Positions 11,199 to 24,162 of a stretch of 64,000 nt of DNA are shown here, piece after piece. This DNA comes from Lepidodermella squamata (lineage: Eukaryota > Animalia > Gastrotricha), in NCBI GenBank assembly GCA_047495785.1, contig JBLDXI010000029.1, forward strand, positions 310,001 to 374,000, in the 5' to 3' direction. A program made the translations under genes and the position numbers. The number at the start of each line of letters is the position of its first letter. The stretch's first letter is position 1. The notes beneath the pieces are model-generated. The model searched no databases. It was not told the origin of the DNA and saw only the letters and a program-made list of their open reading frames with translations.

Positions 11199-11762
11199 CA
11201 TCCCAATCATTTGTCACTGCCGAAGGTTCCAGCTATTATGGAGTCAGGCTGGAGATCTATAAGCCACTATCTCGAGATCGTAGCCTTAGGGCATCATCCG
11301 TCTTTTCCTGTTCCATCCATATTTTGTCAGCTCTGAGCCGCTGATTGATTAAAATTCAGTAGAAAAAATGTCACCACCGCTGCCTCTCAAAATCAACCAA
11401 TGGGAGATGATGAGTTCTGAACTATAGATGTTCGCGATTTTTCGAGCCAATGAGCTTTCAATCGAGGGAAATGCTAATAAAAGGATAGATAAGTACCCTG
11501 CGTTTCATTATTTGCACGTTGGAGAATAACACTGAATTCGACCTGCTCGTCGGGTTGCTGCAAGTGATGAATTATTCATGATCAAATTGCTCACTTCACT
11601 TGGATGATGAATAATGTACTCGCCATTTGAGAGATGATAAAAGCAATATCGATTGTTTGAATGACCCCGATTTGGGAGGGGGCACATCACCCTCTCATCC
11701 CATTGAACTGGTTGATGGTTGAATTATTCCGAAGCTAAATTTCACCCTTTTCTCGAATAATC

Positions 11763-14584
11763 ATGTACCACTCAGTTGTGTTACTCCTCGTAACACTCGT
11801 TGTTGGTTTTTCTTCAACTCAGAACTGTTCAACGCCGTGCCAATCCACTCGTAATAGCATTTCACGACATGAACTAATTTTGCATTAAATAATTTCATCT
11901 CAGCTCAGTGCCCAACTGGTTATACTTATGTACCATGCTACGACTCATGCTACTACTTATATCCGTAAGTAATCTTTCTCATGGTGACGTCAACTTATAT
12001 TCGAAATTCTATCAAGGACGATGGAGTATTATATGGACGCACTGCAAGCTTGCACCTCGAATGGTGCACATTTTTTCGTCCCGAATAGCTACCAAGAACT
12101 GCTCGATATCACAACGTTGCTCGGTGCATCAGCCTCCGGGACTCAGTATTGGCTTGGTCTTCAAAACTACGCTCGAAGAGGCAAAGGCTCAACGCAGAAC
12201 GGCTGGACAGCAGCTGCGACCCGGGACCCAGATAATGTTTGGTATTGGATGGATTCTGATGAAACCGCAATCGGCCCGTCATTCAGCATGCCCGAATCGG
12301 GGATCTACGCACCCCTCGGTTCTTACTCGTGGCTTCATTTCCTCAACATTCCGTCCTCGACTAGTTTTGTCGCAACGATTTTCTACAATTCGACTAACTC
12401 ACGATGGCAGGCTAAAGTGACAGCTAGTTATTACGTCCAACGTAACTTCATTTGCGAGTATTCGCTAGCCTGCTGGACTTGTCCATCAAATTTCGAAAAA
12501 TTCAACGACTTATGCTACAGCTTCAGTCCAAATGCAGTGTCGTACAATGACGCTAAATCGTACTGTTCCAGCTTGCCTGCATCCCTTTGGAGCCCGCAAG
12601 TTGAGTCTGAAGTTGTATTCGCCCGACTCAAGGCGAATCAGTACAATTTACAGCTTTGGCTCGGCCTAGACCGCCTTGATGGGACGTGGAAGTGGGCGGA
12701 TGATGGTACGCCTGTTTTATCGGATGATGCTTTCGATGTGTATACTGGCGAGCCAGTTGCGAGTGGCACGGCATTCATTATTCGACCCGATGTGAATCCG
12801 TCGAACATATCGGCGGTTAGAGACGGTTGGCGCGGATGGGCATCAGTTGATGCTGCCAATGTTGGCTCAATGTATGCCGTAGCCTGTCAAACTTTTGCAG
12901 TATCGTGGTTTCTGGACAGTTCGGTAAAAATACCTGTTTTAGTACTTACGAAGCCTGAAAAATTTGATTTTTTTCTGTTGCATCGTTCGAATGGGGTTTC
13001 AACAATCTGCGAACGTGGGATATTTGAAGCCCAGGATGCATGATTTTATAAATAGATTATAATTAATATCATAACTCCTAATTCTGAGTGTAATAGTTTA
13101 TTAAGCAAACTAAAAAAATCTGCTATATAAACTGTATACAAAGCCTTTCCTAATTGCATAGTCCTCGAGTTCAGTTGAAACTACGACTGAGCCAATCACT
13201 ATGACGGAATTGACAACAGAGTCGGCTACAACTTCTGACTCGACAACTACCGATGCCGAAACGACTTCGACTGAGCCAACTACAGTGACGGGCCTGACAT
13301 CAGAGCCGACAACTTTAGACTCAACAATTTCTACGGATGCAGAAACTTCGAGCTCCACAGAATCGACGTATACAGAGTCGACATCTACTGAACCGACATC
13401 GCTGTCGTCTGACACAACGTAATTGAGAGAATTTAATTTAATTTTCTAACTGCTAAGCTTTGTGATGCAGATTAACGACAGAAATTGAATCCACTACATC
13501 AGATTTTACCACTGACATCACAACCACGACAGATTCAGGCCCTACATGTACGCAACATCGTTTGTTTCCGCGCTGCGTCATAATGAACACTTTTCTTCCA
13601 GCTTCTGAAGTTTCATCTACGACCAGTGACTTATCGAATTACACGGAAAGGTGAACATTTACCATCAGTAATTCAGCAAATAATTCTCATCCCCGTAAAA
13701 TGCTGCAGCACAACCTTGGAGAGTACCTCAACTTTTGAAACCACAACTGTGAAACAGCCGTTCTGTGGCGATAGTATACCAGATACAGGCGAGGAGTGCG
13801 ATGATGGAAACTTCATCGAGGGAGATGGCTGCTCACTGATCTGCATGTTAGAAAGTAAGTTTGACAAATTATTGGTTTTTGGTTGTTTTCTTTGTTGAAT
13901 CGAAATTTCCAGTGATCAATGGAACTATAGACCTTTACATCGCTATCGATTCATCTTTCGGCGTTCCTCTGGTTCAGTTTCAAAAAGTTCTTCAAATTGT
14001 GAAGCTTGTTATTGAACACACCGAAGAAACAGTCAAGGTTTTTACGAGCAACTCATTCCCTCTCTTAAAACTGTTTGTGAATAATTATCATAGACTGCTA
14101 TTGTTGACTATGGAGGTCGAACGACTGGCTTGAAGATTCACAACCTTCAAGATGCATCGTTGAGCACGCGGACTGATTTGGTCGATAGCATTACCGAGAC
14201 AGCGAGTTATTACGGCAACGATCCAAATTTTGTCAACCCGTTGCGGCGCTTTTCGGCGGCTAAAATATTCAACTCCGGTGGGATCATTTCAATCCATTTA
14301 CTGTTTTAAATTGTGTTTCCATCCTAGGGCGCAGCAATGCAGTAAAATGTGTAGTTTTGATTACGTCGCATTTCAAAGGCAACAAGCAATCCATCGATGA
14401 TTTTATGCTTCTGATGAAATCAACCGGTGCCAAACTTTACATCTTCTCGATCGGTGATAATATACCGCGAAGGCAATTGCTTCGATTTTATGACACCGGA
14501 GTCCCGTTTGATCACGTTGAACATGTTGAGAAAGCGCTGACAAGTGTGAATCGGATTCTTGGTCATTTGATGAGCATCGCATAA
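11763..14584 (+). CDS. Secreted multidomain protein: 2x C-type lectin, Ser/Thr mucin region, Cys-rich CGD..EECDDGN repeat, vWA-like domain (multi-exon)
   Basis: Signal peptide [19 protein letters not shown] from 11763; short introns give [16 protein letters not shown]...YWLGL and [13 protein letters not shown]...LWLGL..WKWAD; TTE/STE-rich exons; [27 protein letters not shown]; vWA-like [11 protein letters not shown]...VVLITS...IFSIG. The 3' end may extend by one more exon. Confidence 0.75.
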
Positions 14585-14683
14585 ATTCTATTCACTTGGG
14601 ACTAATTTTATTAAAACATCATTCATGAATTTAGAGAATTTCAATTCTGAGGTATTTTTGTTAAATATTGACGAAATGAATTA

Positions 14684-16466
14684 TTATAAAGAAGGCCAGT
14701 TGCAAGTTTTATGCAAGCCGTTGTAGCACGGATCAGGGCAACACTTTTGGCTGAGAGGGCACTCTGCATCCGCCGAGCATAGCACAGGCTCGGGCCGATC
14801 TATGTAGAACTGAGGGTCGCAAACCACGAATCTCTCGTTAACATTCGGACACCGCCCAACTTTTTGATCACCAAGCGAGGCCGTCGAACAGTTGACACGC
14901 CGATTATCGATGAAAAATTCAGCTAAACAGCCTTGACAATAGCTTTGCTTGCATTCAGCTTCCGGATAGGCTGGGCAGTAAGCTATAGCAAAATCATAGA
15001 AATTTCCAGAGTCGAATCAAAGAAAAACAAAGCCTACTTCCTGTTGTACAAGGATTCGCAGTTGCACAAGGTGTTCGGAATGGGCAACTGCCATAGCCGT
15101 TACGTGGTTGATCGAAATACCGGATTTCACTCGGTCCAGGCATGGGTAGCACTTGAATAACCTCTTTCTCACTCGTAACCAACTCTTGCACACCATTACC
15201 TTGCTTTTTCGGTATGTAATACGGCCGATTTAATACAGGTCCAGACATCATCTGCATAGGCGCAGACGGAGGTTGGTAGGGTCGATTTAGAACTGGAGCT
15301 GGTTGGACCTGAACGGGTCGGTTAATAGTCGGAGGTGGTACCGGCGGATTGATGACCATAAAAATTGGTTTTTCAACTGGTCTCGGCGCCGGGGTTGGCT
15401 CCGGAGTTGGTTTCACCCAGGCGCAGGTCGTTTCGCATTGGTAGCGAGTTGGGAATGGTTTCGTTTTCACGGTTTGACACTGGCTGTAGACAAAAGCCCC
15501 GCATTGCTGGGAGGTGATGTTGAAGAACCAGCCGATAACAGCTCTACCCGCCTGCCAGCATGGGGATCGCGACGGCTCTGCTAGACAGCGGTCGTCGTAT
15601 GAGCGATCGGGAGCGGTAGCGGGGGAAGGTCCAGGCCACACAGGTTTGAAACTTGTTTTAGGTGGATCCGCTGGCTTAACAGATACTGGAATTGGTTTTT
15701 GAGTCTCGCCCCCGCATAAATTTGACGCTGTAGTCGTCGTTCCCTGGGGGCAGGGCCGCCTGGGTGGCTCTGTGATTGGCGGAAATTGGCTGGGGCAGCA
15801 CATAGATATAGTCGCTATAGGTCCATAAGGACCCCCTACAGTACACGAGTATCCAACAGGGCAGTCCGTATTCGTCGCGCATTGAATCGCGTCTCTTTCA
15901 TTTGTTGGCATTCTGCCAAGGGGGTAACCAAGCGCGCATATCCTGAAATCTCTTGGAATATCAGCGACAGAAGGCTGGAAGGATGACGGTAGTTTAAATG
16001 GCTGGTTCAAGTTAGGCGGAGGGAAATATGGTCTGTTCAAATCCGGCAATGGAGCTGGTGGCATAAAGGGCCTGTTTAGTGCTGGCGGAGGTGGTGGAGC
16101 TGGCTGGGGTACAACAGGCCGGTCCAACGTTGGCGGGCTTGGGGGAACGAATTGAATGAATTGAGGTGGACTTAACTGGGGAGGATCTGGAGGGGGCACT
16201 GGCAGCTTTGAGCAGCAAACTGTGACTGTGAGTAGATCCCTGTATGATGTGATTGTGCACCCGTAATTAGAAGGGCAATCTGCATCTGTTGCGCATTGAA
16301 TTGCATCGGCTTCCGATGTAGGATATCCATTCAATGCATCACCATAGCGGCAGAGTTCATCTATGAAAATGGAATAGGTGAATACTTACTAAGATTAAGT
16401 CTACTCACCAGACTTGGAATTTCTAATTGAAGCTATGCCAATCATCAGTAACAAGATTTTCGCCAT
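14684..16466 (-). CDS. Secreted proline-rich protease-inhibitor-like protein (2x lustrin/WR1-like Cys repeats, Kunitz-like domain, C-terminal WAP domain)
   Basis: Signal exon MAKILLLMIGIASIRNSKS at 16466; repeats AIQCATxxDCPxxYxCT...CC; Kunitz-like CLAEPSRSPC...WFFN...C..FVYSQC....F.T...CETTC; last exon KVGRCP...CSADAECPLSQKCCPDPC, TAA at 14684. Confidence 0.8.
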
Positions 16467-17321
16467 TTTCAATGGCTAGTCAATTTCAGGTAATTTTTCG
16501 ACGATTTTTTGATGAGATGCGCACTTGGCGGCGAAAAAATTGTGAAATAACACTTTGTTTACAAGTTACCATGTGTGTTTATCCTCGGTTTCTTCCATTG
16601 GGTCTGGTAATTAGTGAGACTATAAGTATCGTAGCTTCTTTGTTTGTTTGAACTTGCCGTTTTTTTGAGAGAAAAAATGCGTGCGCAATCTCATGCGAGG
16701 TCTCTTTGTTTACAAAACAAAGCGGCTTGATGATTCGTCCGTAATGCTTTTACCTGCACTCGCTGTGGGGAAGTACACGTTTCGTGGGTCGATGCACCCA
16801 TGAAACAGGGATCCATATGGTTGACATCCACGGAAAGCAAGCTCGTTGTGCGAAACGATCAAGGTTTATCAAAGTTGTATGGACCCGAAAATACTTCATC
16901 GAAAGTTTGTTGTTATCTTGGGATTTCATGTCCATTTTATGTATAACTTGCGCGAGCTCAGTCCCCGATTCGGACTTAACAACCATTTTCACAGCCCCTA
17001 TATCATAAAAAAGTGTATTAGGATTAGTAAGTGCATTCCTTTTTCTACCCTAATCTATTTGACCCTTCGCGACATCCGCATTAATAAGACAGCATTTACA
17101 CAAAGCTTGTGCAGCTACCACCCTGGATCTCCCTAATTACTAATAACGGTCAATTAAAAGAACAAGAAATCGATTAGACGGCTTATTTAAACCCATGGAG
17201 AGTAGATCATCTTTTGAATGTGAGCTGTGACCGATTTAGGCAAAAAACTAGAATCCAATCATCCTTAATCCTTAATATCAGAAAATAAAAAGCGAATGAA
17301 AAGGAAACAGAGATTCGTCCG

Positions 17322-20209
17322 ATGAAAACAATTTCAACATCGCACTTGAATACACTTATAAATTTAACTTCAATGGTGAACTCGGTGTCGAGCCACGGAA
17401 ATGTCACCCGAACCGATGCTGTTAACATGTCTTTTTGGTCAACCAGATCTGGCCATATGCTTGAAATGGCGATGGTAATAGGACTGGTTGGTGGACTGAA
17501 AACTGGATAAAAATGTCCTTTTCTAGGTTGCAATTGTCGGAGCTATTCTTATAGCTTCCACCATTGTACAAGTGATTACGGATGCTGATTTAGCCTCGGA
17601 GCGAAAAGCAAAGACTGAACTTATATACGTCAGTTTCCCTTTAAATATAGAATTGTCCCCAGAAATATAGGTCGAGTAGCTTTGACAATTCGATATTTTA
17701 CGGTATAACATTCGTAAATCGTTCATATCTGAACTCGCCGCACTCGATTTACTCATCGCAACTCGCCTCCGGCTCGTTCCGACTCCGTAAATCTCGGGCG
17801 GCTCCGTACAGATGTAAACGTTTTACTCATGTCATACCATACAAATATGAATTTGTAGCTACACATTATTCACGCATAACCTCATTTTCCAGACAAGCAG
17901 AGCTCTTGTCATGTCTGGTAAGTTCAGCCGCCGTTTCGTGTGAAAATGGCTTTTACCCTTTTTGTCCTCGCAGTCAACGATGTCATCATACTCCTGGCAA
18001 GGGAATTCGAAGTCGCTTATGAGTAACTCTGTTCAGCGACTTCTTTAGATATGTTAGTATTCTGCAACTTATTCTAGGTTCAATCGCGGCCCCTACGACG
18101 TTTACAATTCAAAAGTTCAAGAGACTGTGAAAGCACTCGATTCGGTAAAATTCCTTAGCCAGAAATTCCTTCTAAAGATTATGTGAAATATTCGCGCGGA
18201 GAATCAACTAGATACTTGAATGCATTTTTGGCTTTAAGAATTTTCCAGCTGAAAAGTGTCCCTTCCAGATTCTTCTATGGACAAAAGATTGGCCTTTCGG
18301 CGATCACTTCATCTTCATACCGCAAGCAAACCGGCAAGAAATATCGTCACCACTTATTTTGAGAGCGGCGATACGTGCACAACGAGAACTGCGAAAAGGC
18401 GTCAATGGCACGAGTGAAACAGGCGTCATCGATTTCTACGTCCGAATAATTGACAATTTGATAACAACCGGGCGTGCGATCGTCAGCTTGACACCGCGGT
18501 TTATGGGCTATCAAGAACTGCTAGCAACAACGCCTATATTTCAAATCGTAAATGTTTACAGACTGAAACCTCTAACATAATACAGTCTGAGTTCACTGAC
18601 AGTGGATGAACTACAAAAAATATGTTGTTGTCACGCGGAAGCTAGCTTACGAGAGTGAGTCCTGAACTCTTTGACCACTCCTATTTAACAGCTCGTCAAT
18701 ATAGATCGAACAATGGACATCCAAGACCCGGTATACACAAAGCTTCTGGAGTATGAGAAGGGCTTGTTACAATCTTAAATTGGGCTATGAATGGGTTTTC
18801 ATGCAGATACTATCATCGCTATCAAGAGTTTCTATCTGTCGCCCCTCTGATGTCGGCATACAGCCGAGATCGCGTCAGTAATTTCACCTCGCTGGACACC
18901 TTCAAGGAGGTCGAGCGCATGCACAGATGGGTAACTTATTGGCTGACATGATCGGATTCTGGACATTTCTCTTTTCCAGGTGCTAACAGCCGACTTTCGA
19001 TACGTCGACGGAGATGCGTTTGCTGAAGTCGCGAACGCTCATGATGCAGCAGCACGTTGGATTGTTGACAGGATAAGAGCGAGATCGGAAGCCGCCCTGG
19101 GAGATCACGCCAATGACTGGTCGTCCACTGAAGTTTTCTGTAAGTGAAAGATCGTCATAAATTGTTTACCTTTTGTCTCACATTTGGCAATTAATTGAAA
19201 ATTAGAGTGAGTGCATTCTCAATATTTGTAAGTGAAAATTATTCTATTTGTCAATATTATTCCGCAGCCATCCCGTTTATCGCTCTCTCGTCTTGCATTG
19301 CCGTTTTCGCTCTCGCCATGCACATAATGGCGACAATACGAATCCAACGTACTGTCGACGAGTGTTACGAAAATCTGAGGCAGCTTCGAGAAGCTTCGGA
19401 GCTTCTATACGACTACCTGCCCTCAAACACTATTAAAAGCTTCAAAATTGCAGGCCAAACTGGAAAAGTGCAACCATATAAAGGTTAGACTTTTCAACGA
19501 CTGGTTGGAAAATCTGTAAGTTTATGTTATTTCAGATGCCTGCGTTATGATAATAGATATCACAAATCTGAGCACTCTAATTCTCGAGATGGAAACGATT
19601 GATGAATTCGCTCATCTCATGTACAAAACGCATGAAATGCTGGAGGATTGTTTGCGAAAGCACAGCTGCTTCAAACTGGAAATGACTGGCGGTTGCTTCG
19701 TGCTAGCTTCCGGCCTCGGGGAACATCACGCAATCATGCATCACGTTGTCGATATGGTTTTGATTGCTCTCGAGTTCAAAGATGCCATGGAGAAGGTTAA
19801 CCTTGAAACCGACGACATAGACGGCGACGTTCATGTAAGAATCGGGATTCATATGGGCCCATGCCTTGGCCGTATTGTCACCCTACACATTCCTCGGATC
19901 ACTCTGGTTGGAGATTTGATGAAAGAAGCTTCGATGGTTCATTCAGCTTGCTTGCGTAAGTACCTCACAGATTCCAAGTTCTGAAATTTTTTAGAATTTT
20001 TCCTAGCTATGAAGGTTCAAGTTTCCGAGCGAGTTTATGGATTAGTTTCGCGGCAAACTGACGAGATCGCTTTTATGCGACGTGGCCCGATTCCTGGATC
20101 CCGGCCAGGAGAAATGTTGACAGCTTACTGGGCCGAGTGGAAGGACAAGGTCGATTTAGACTTCGACGATCGATCGACCGTCATGTCAACTCAATCATCG
20201 GCTCATTAA
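17322..20209 (+). CDS. Transmembrane guanylyl-cyclase-like protein (TM - NIT-like helical ectodomain - TM - coiled coil - degenerate class III cyclase); multi-exon, start uncertain
   Basis: TM1 VAIVGAILIASTIVQVI; helical ectodomain with VIDFYVRIIDNLI; TM2 AIPFIALSSCIAVFALAM; SELLYDYLP; cyclase motifs IIDITN, FKLEMTGGCFVLASG, VRIGIHMGP, PRITLVGD, KVQVSE. Confidence 0.75.
17676..17862. repeat. Imperfect palindromic (hairpin) repeat element in a cyclase intron, resembling non-autonomous Crypton-like elements
   Basis: Arms GTAGCT..ATATTTTACGGTATAACATTCGTAAATCGTTCATATCTG and CAGATGTAAACGTTTTACTCATGTCATACCATACAAATATGAA..AGCTAC are imperfect reverse complements, with a central ACTCGCCTCCGGCTCGT motif. 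Confidence 0.55.
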
Positions 20210-20467
20210 TTCACAAAGCACCCGTCTACATATTATTCCCTTTTTGCCGTGACAATTTTCTATCGTAATATGTAATGAGTTTGAATTGGTCAAGGTATGG
20301 AATTTTGAACTATTGGAAGTTGGTTCATTCTCGAGTCTAGTCTCTGTAAATCTCTGTATGCCTGTCAGCATTTCATTTGTCTAACTTCTGTTTTTGCTGT
20401 GATCACCTCCTAAATCTTTAAATGTGTTGAATAAATGTGTATTAATTATGTTTATTAATGGAAAAAA

Positions 20468-20938
20468 TCACTTGGCACTGTCAGCTTCTGGTAAGGACGA
20501 GCCGAGAATATCTCGGAAAGATGCTAGGCTTAAATCGCCCAAATGATCGATTTTAACATCTATAAGCAAAGTAGTCCCTGCGACATACGCGAAGTGAGCA
20601 ATTAAATCTTTCTTAGCGTGTCGAATTTTGATCCGCTCCAACACTGCAGCAGAACTCGGAGCGTAGTGGATCAGCAGAATCCCGGAAAATATCCTCCTGT
20701 CACGACGGAAGTTGAAGTTCATGAATCCGAAACGGCAAGACCGAAATGGGAAACTTCCAATGAATTCGCGTAGGTTGCCCATGCTAGTTTCGTCACCTGA
20801 TTCTGTGTTGAACTTGCCGTATTTATCAGGCACCAGTCGCTCGCCATCTTCTGACAGTTTCACAGTGAAATAGTTGTACTCGCCACTTCTCAGCCGTTTG
20901 AAAGTGTAGAAACAAGTTTGGTCGATAATGACAGCCAT
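20468..20938 (-). CDS. ADF/cofilin-family actin-depolymerising protein (divergent, intronless)
   Basis: 156 aa; MAVIIDQTCFYTFKRLR...Y.TVKLSED, CRFGFMNF, ILLIHYAPSSAAVLERIK follow the ADF-H pattern (C+Y..YD, K..F..W.P..A..+.+M). Confidence 0.75.
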   Translation of the reverse strand: MAVIIDQTCFYTFKRLRSGEYNYFTVKLSEDGERLVPDKYGKFNTESGDETSMGNLREFIGSFPFRSCRFGFMNFNFRRDRRIFSGILLIHYAPSSAAVLERIKIRHAKKDLIAHFAYVAGTTLLIDVKIDHLGDLSLASFRDILGSSLPEADSAK

Positions 20939-21391
20939 GATTTGTATCAGCTCTCTGCGGAATAATCTTGGTTATTTGAAGTCTTGTAAACAGGTTTCAC
21001 GTGAAAAGGCTTCTTATTATTCATCTTTTGTTTTTTTCACGCGGATTAAGTGGCGCTGCGTAAACTTGATTACGCAAAACTTCACACTGATACCAAACGT
21101 GCTGAGAAGAATAAAGGTTTTGCGCTGAATCCTGTGCCAAGAAACACCTCTGCGCTATTTTAGTTCTCTTAAGCCTTTAATGCGCGTATTAGGCACGCTT
21201 TTAGCACAGGCTATTTGCTATACATGAAAAAGTTTAAAAGGCTCGGAAAAATATTAGTTCACCGACATTTTATTGAATGATTGTGTTTCCAACCAACTGA
21301 ATTGATCATCCAAAAATAGTTACTGAACTTAGGGTTGACGAATAAGGTTGATAGGAAATGAATATTATAACAACTTTTCTGGCCTATTTGT

Positions 21392-21580
21392 TGCAGGAGG
21401 TGCACTTCATTGATTGGATTTTACATCATTTTAATGAGGAGAATTGGAGATATAGAAGAATTTTAAGAATCACTTGTGCATATTGAAAATATCGATTTAC
21501 AATTCTCAAAATTGCACTGTCTCTTGAAACTCCTCATTAAAATGATGCGCGCTCCAATCGATGAACTATTCCTTCTGCAG
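21392..21580. repeat. Degenerate inverted-repeat element (old MITE)
   Basis: TTCATTGATTGGA..CATCATTTTAATGAGGAG pairs with CTCCTCATTAAAATGATG..TCCAATCGATGAA; no clear TSD. Confidence 0.5.
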
Positions 21581-21791
21581 CTTTTTTATTGTCAACATTG
21601 AAAAACATTGATTTAAATCGCTCGTCAAAGTGAAAAAATTTGAATTAGATCTAAATTTTGGTTGTTGGATCATTCCCTAGAGAAAACATTCAGTCGCCAA
21701 GCAACGCAGAATAAATTTGCCTCTGAAGCTCTATTGAGTTGTAAGCTAATCAATATACAGCAGCTCAAATCTGTAAAATTATAAACATTGA

Positions 21792-23457
21792 ATGATAATC
21801 ATGCGAATTCCGCTGTTTCTTACTTTATTGCTATTACCGCTTTTCGGTATCAAGTCGAACGCTCAATATGAGGACGTTCACGCCCAAGTGTTCGCAGAAT
21901 GTAATCTCCTGGCAGCAGCTACTAGTCCAAGTGACCCAAGAAGTAAGGAAGAGCCGAAAAAGCCAGTGCCAACTGACATCGGCTTCATGTACGTTCGCCT
22001 AGCTGATGTGGACGATGTTTCTGAAACTTTGACGATTACGGGCGGATTCTTCATCCAATTCTACATCGAGTGTGTCGCGAATGTGTCACGACGGTTGAAT
22101 GAAACGCGTTACGTTAATCGGCATTGGATGATAACCAATACCAATGATTACTGGCGACCGCCTTATGTCCACAAAAACAGGTGAACACTGTCAGAAAAAT
22201 AGCTGGGAATAGGTTTATCTTTATTAAATATTGGAATAATGGCCAACTTTGTATAGGCTCTTATATAATATCGGGGGAATGGGGGTATCATACACCCCAG
22301 TTCGCAAGGCCAAAGTGGAAAAACCCAGAGAAGCTACAGGACAACCCTTTGGTCATACAATTTGGGCCCGAAAATACCCACCTGTAGTTCGCGGACCCAA
22401 CTTCGCGAATCGCGAACTATTTTAAAGTACTTCGGATTTGGTGCTTCAATTTAATACGAATTTGCGATAGCTGAGCTGAACTCCATATGTTTATAAGCTG
22501 ATCTCTGGCTTTTCAAAGAAAAATTTGATAATTAATTCAGCGTCATAATACGATTTTTTTGAAATTTCTAAGCCGATTCGACTATGGAATGATCAAAGAT
22601 ACTTACACGGTAATGTTGGTGCAACCTTTCGAGGGACTCGTGCAGTACGGCGTAGTGGGCTTCTATACGCCAAGTTGCAACTTCCACTTTGAAAGGTAAA
22701 ATTCTTGTAAGATTTTCTTTAAGATTCCTCTTCTGATATACGACTTTACTCAGGTTTCCATTCGACGTTGAAAATTGCACTCTGAGGATCGAGCTGTGGC
22801 AAAAATCTGAAGACGTCACTATTAGAAATTATTACTCCTACTTTCTGGACGGAACTGATAGATTTATATCCGACAATTTGGGTTGGTCGTTGCTCCGGTA
22901 TGACACCAACTACAGGATACTTCCGTTTCCACCTGTCGATTACGTTGCCTTGGAGGCATCTATTTTAATCAAAAGAAGGCCTTTCTATTTCTTATACAAT
23001 ATTGTGGCTCCCTGTTTTCTACTATCAATCGTCCAGTTGGCAGCGTTTTTCATACCACCCGATCATCCAGATCGCGCAGGGTATTTTAACAATTGATAAC
23101 GATGCTATGATCCATTTTATTTCGAATTTCAGGTTTGCCGTTACAATACTGCTGAATTTTACTGTCATTCAAGCCCAAGTGCAGAGTACACTGCCAAAAA
23201 CGCCGGAGAATGTTTTACTCTCGAATTTAATCTTTAGCGAAATGATACTGACCATGTTGATAACCATGTATAGTGCAGCAACCAATGCTTGGGTCGATTC
23301 GTACCGCGAACAAGCTGATAGACTGGTGAAAGTGTGCAAGGGCAGATGGCACATGCGGTTCTGCCGGATTATTGACATTGCTTCATGCGTCATTACTATC
23401 GTTATTCTTGCTGGTATCAACTTCTCTCTGGGGATCTTGATCATTAATGAATTGTGA
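21792..23457 (+). CDS. Orphan Cys-loop ligand-gated ion channel subunit, paralog 1 (4 exons)
   Basis: Signal peptide; YWRPPYVHKN|SRFDYG; Cys-loop CNFHFERFPFDVENC; KRRPFYFLYNIVAPC; PDRAGFAVTILLNFTVIQ; LPKTP; three GT-AG introns. Confidence 0.9.
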
Positions 23458-24162
23458 TAATTTTGTGGTTTTATTCTGAACTTCAAAGGAAAGGCAGTGT
23501 GCAGATTAGTTAATTAGCTAATTTTGTACCAGAACCTATGAAATAAACCCTCTCCTGTCACCAGCATACAGTGTGTGCTCTGAGATAGGCCTAAGCGATG
23601 AGGAAGTCCGATCTTGAGTCTGATTAAAGAATTTCATGCCGTGAAAAATCTTGATAAGTTAATGTCGACTCTACAAGGTACAAGGTTGAATATGGTTGAA
23701 TAGGTTGGTGTAATTTAGGCTTTATTTTTTGATACTTCGTCGTCCAGGGTCCAGGCCCATCCGTAAGTGTAGCTAGCAGGCTGAGCAGTTTCGGCATAAA
23801 TGACTTGAGGAAGCTTCAATTAACCTGTTGCGTATGGTGAATGGAAGAACTTTCAGCTCAATTATCGCTTAATAACAAGTTAAATAGATTCATTACGCCT
23901 GTTTATTAAGATTAGAAGCAAAAAATCACACGGCATTTTGAATTAAGTACATTTCCTTTATTAAGTAAGCAGTTGTAAATTGCAAACTTCTAGCTGCCCT
24001 CAGCAGGCCGCCAGAACCTCTAGATGGAACCTTAAAATTGACATCCAACTCATCGAAATATCCGATGTAGCGCCACCCAAAATTACTTGACGAAGCAAGT
24101 TTGTTTTCAACGCCGCATCTACCGGACATATTTTACTGAGCCCCTAAAAATGCCTAATCAAC

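Noticed and set aside
16427-17136. Small ORFs between the WAP gene and the cyclase
   Set aside because: Several overlapping short frames with no motif or convincing splice structure.
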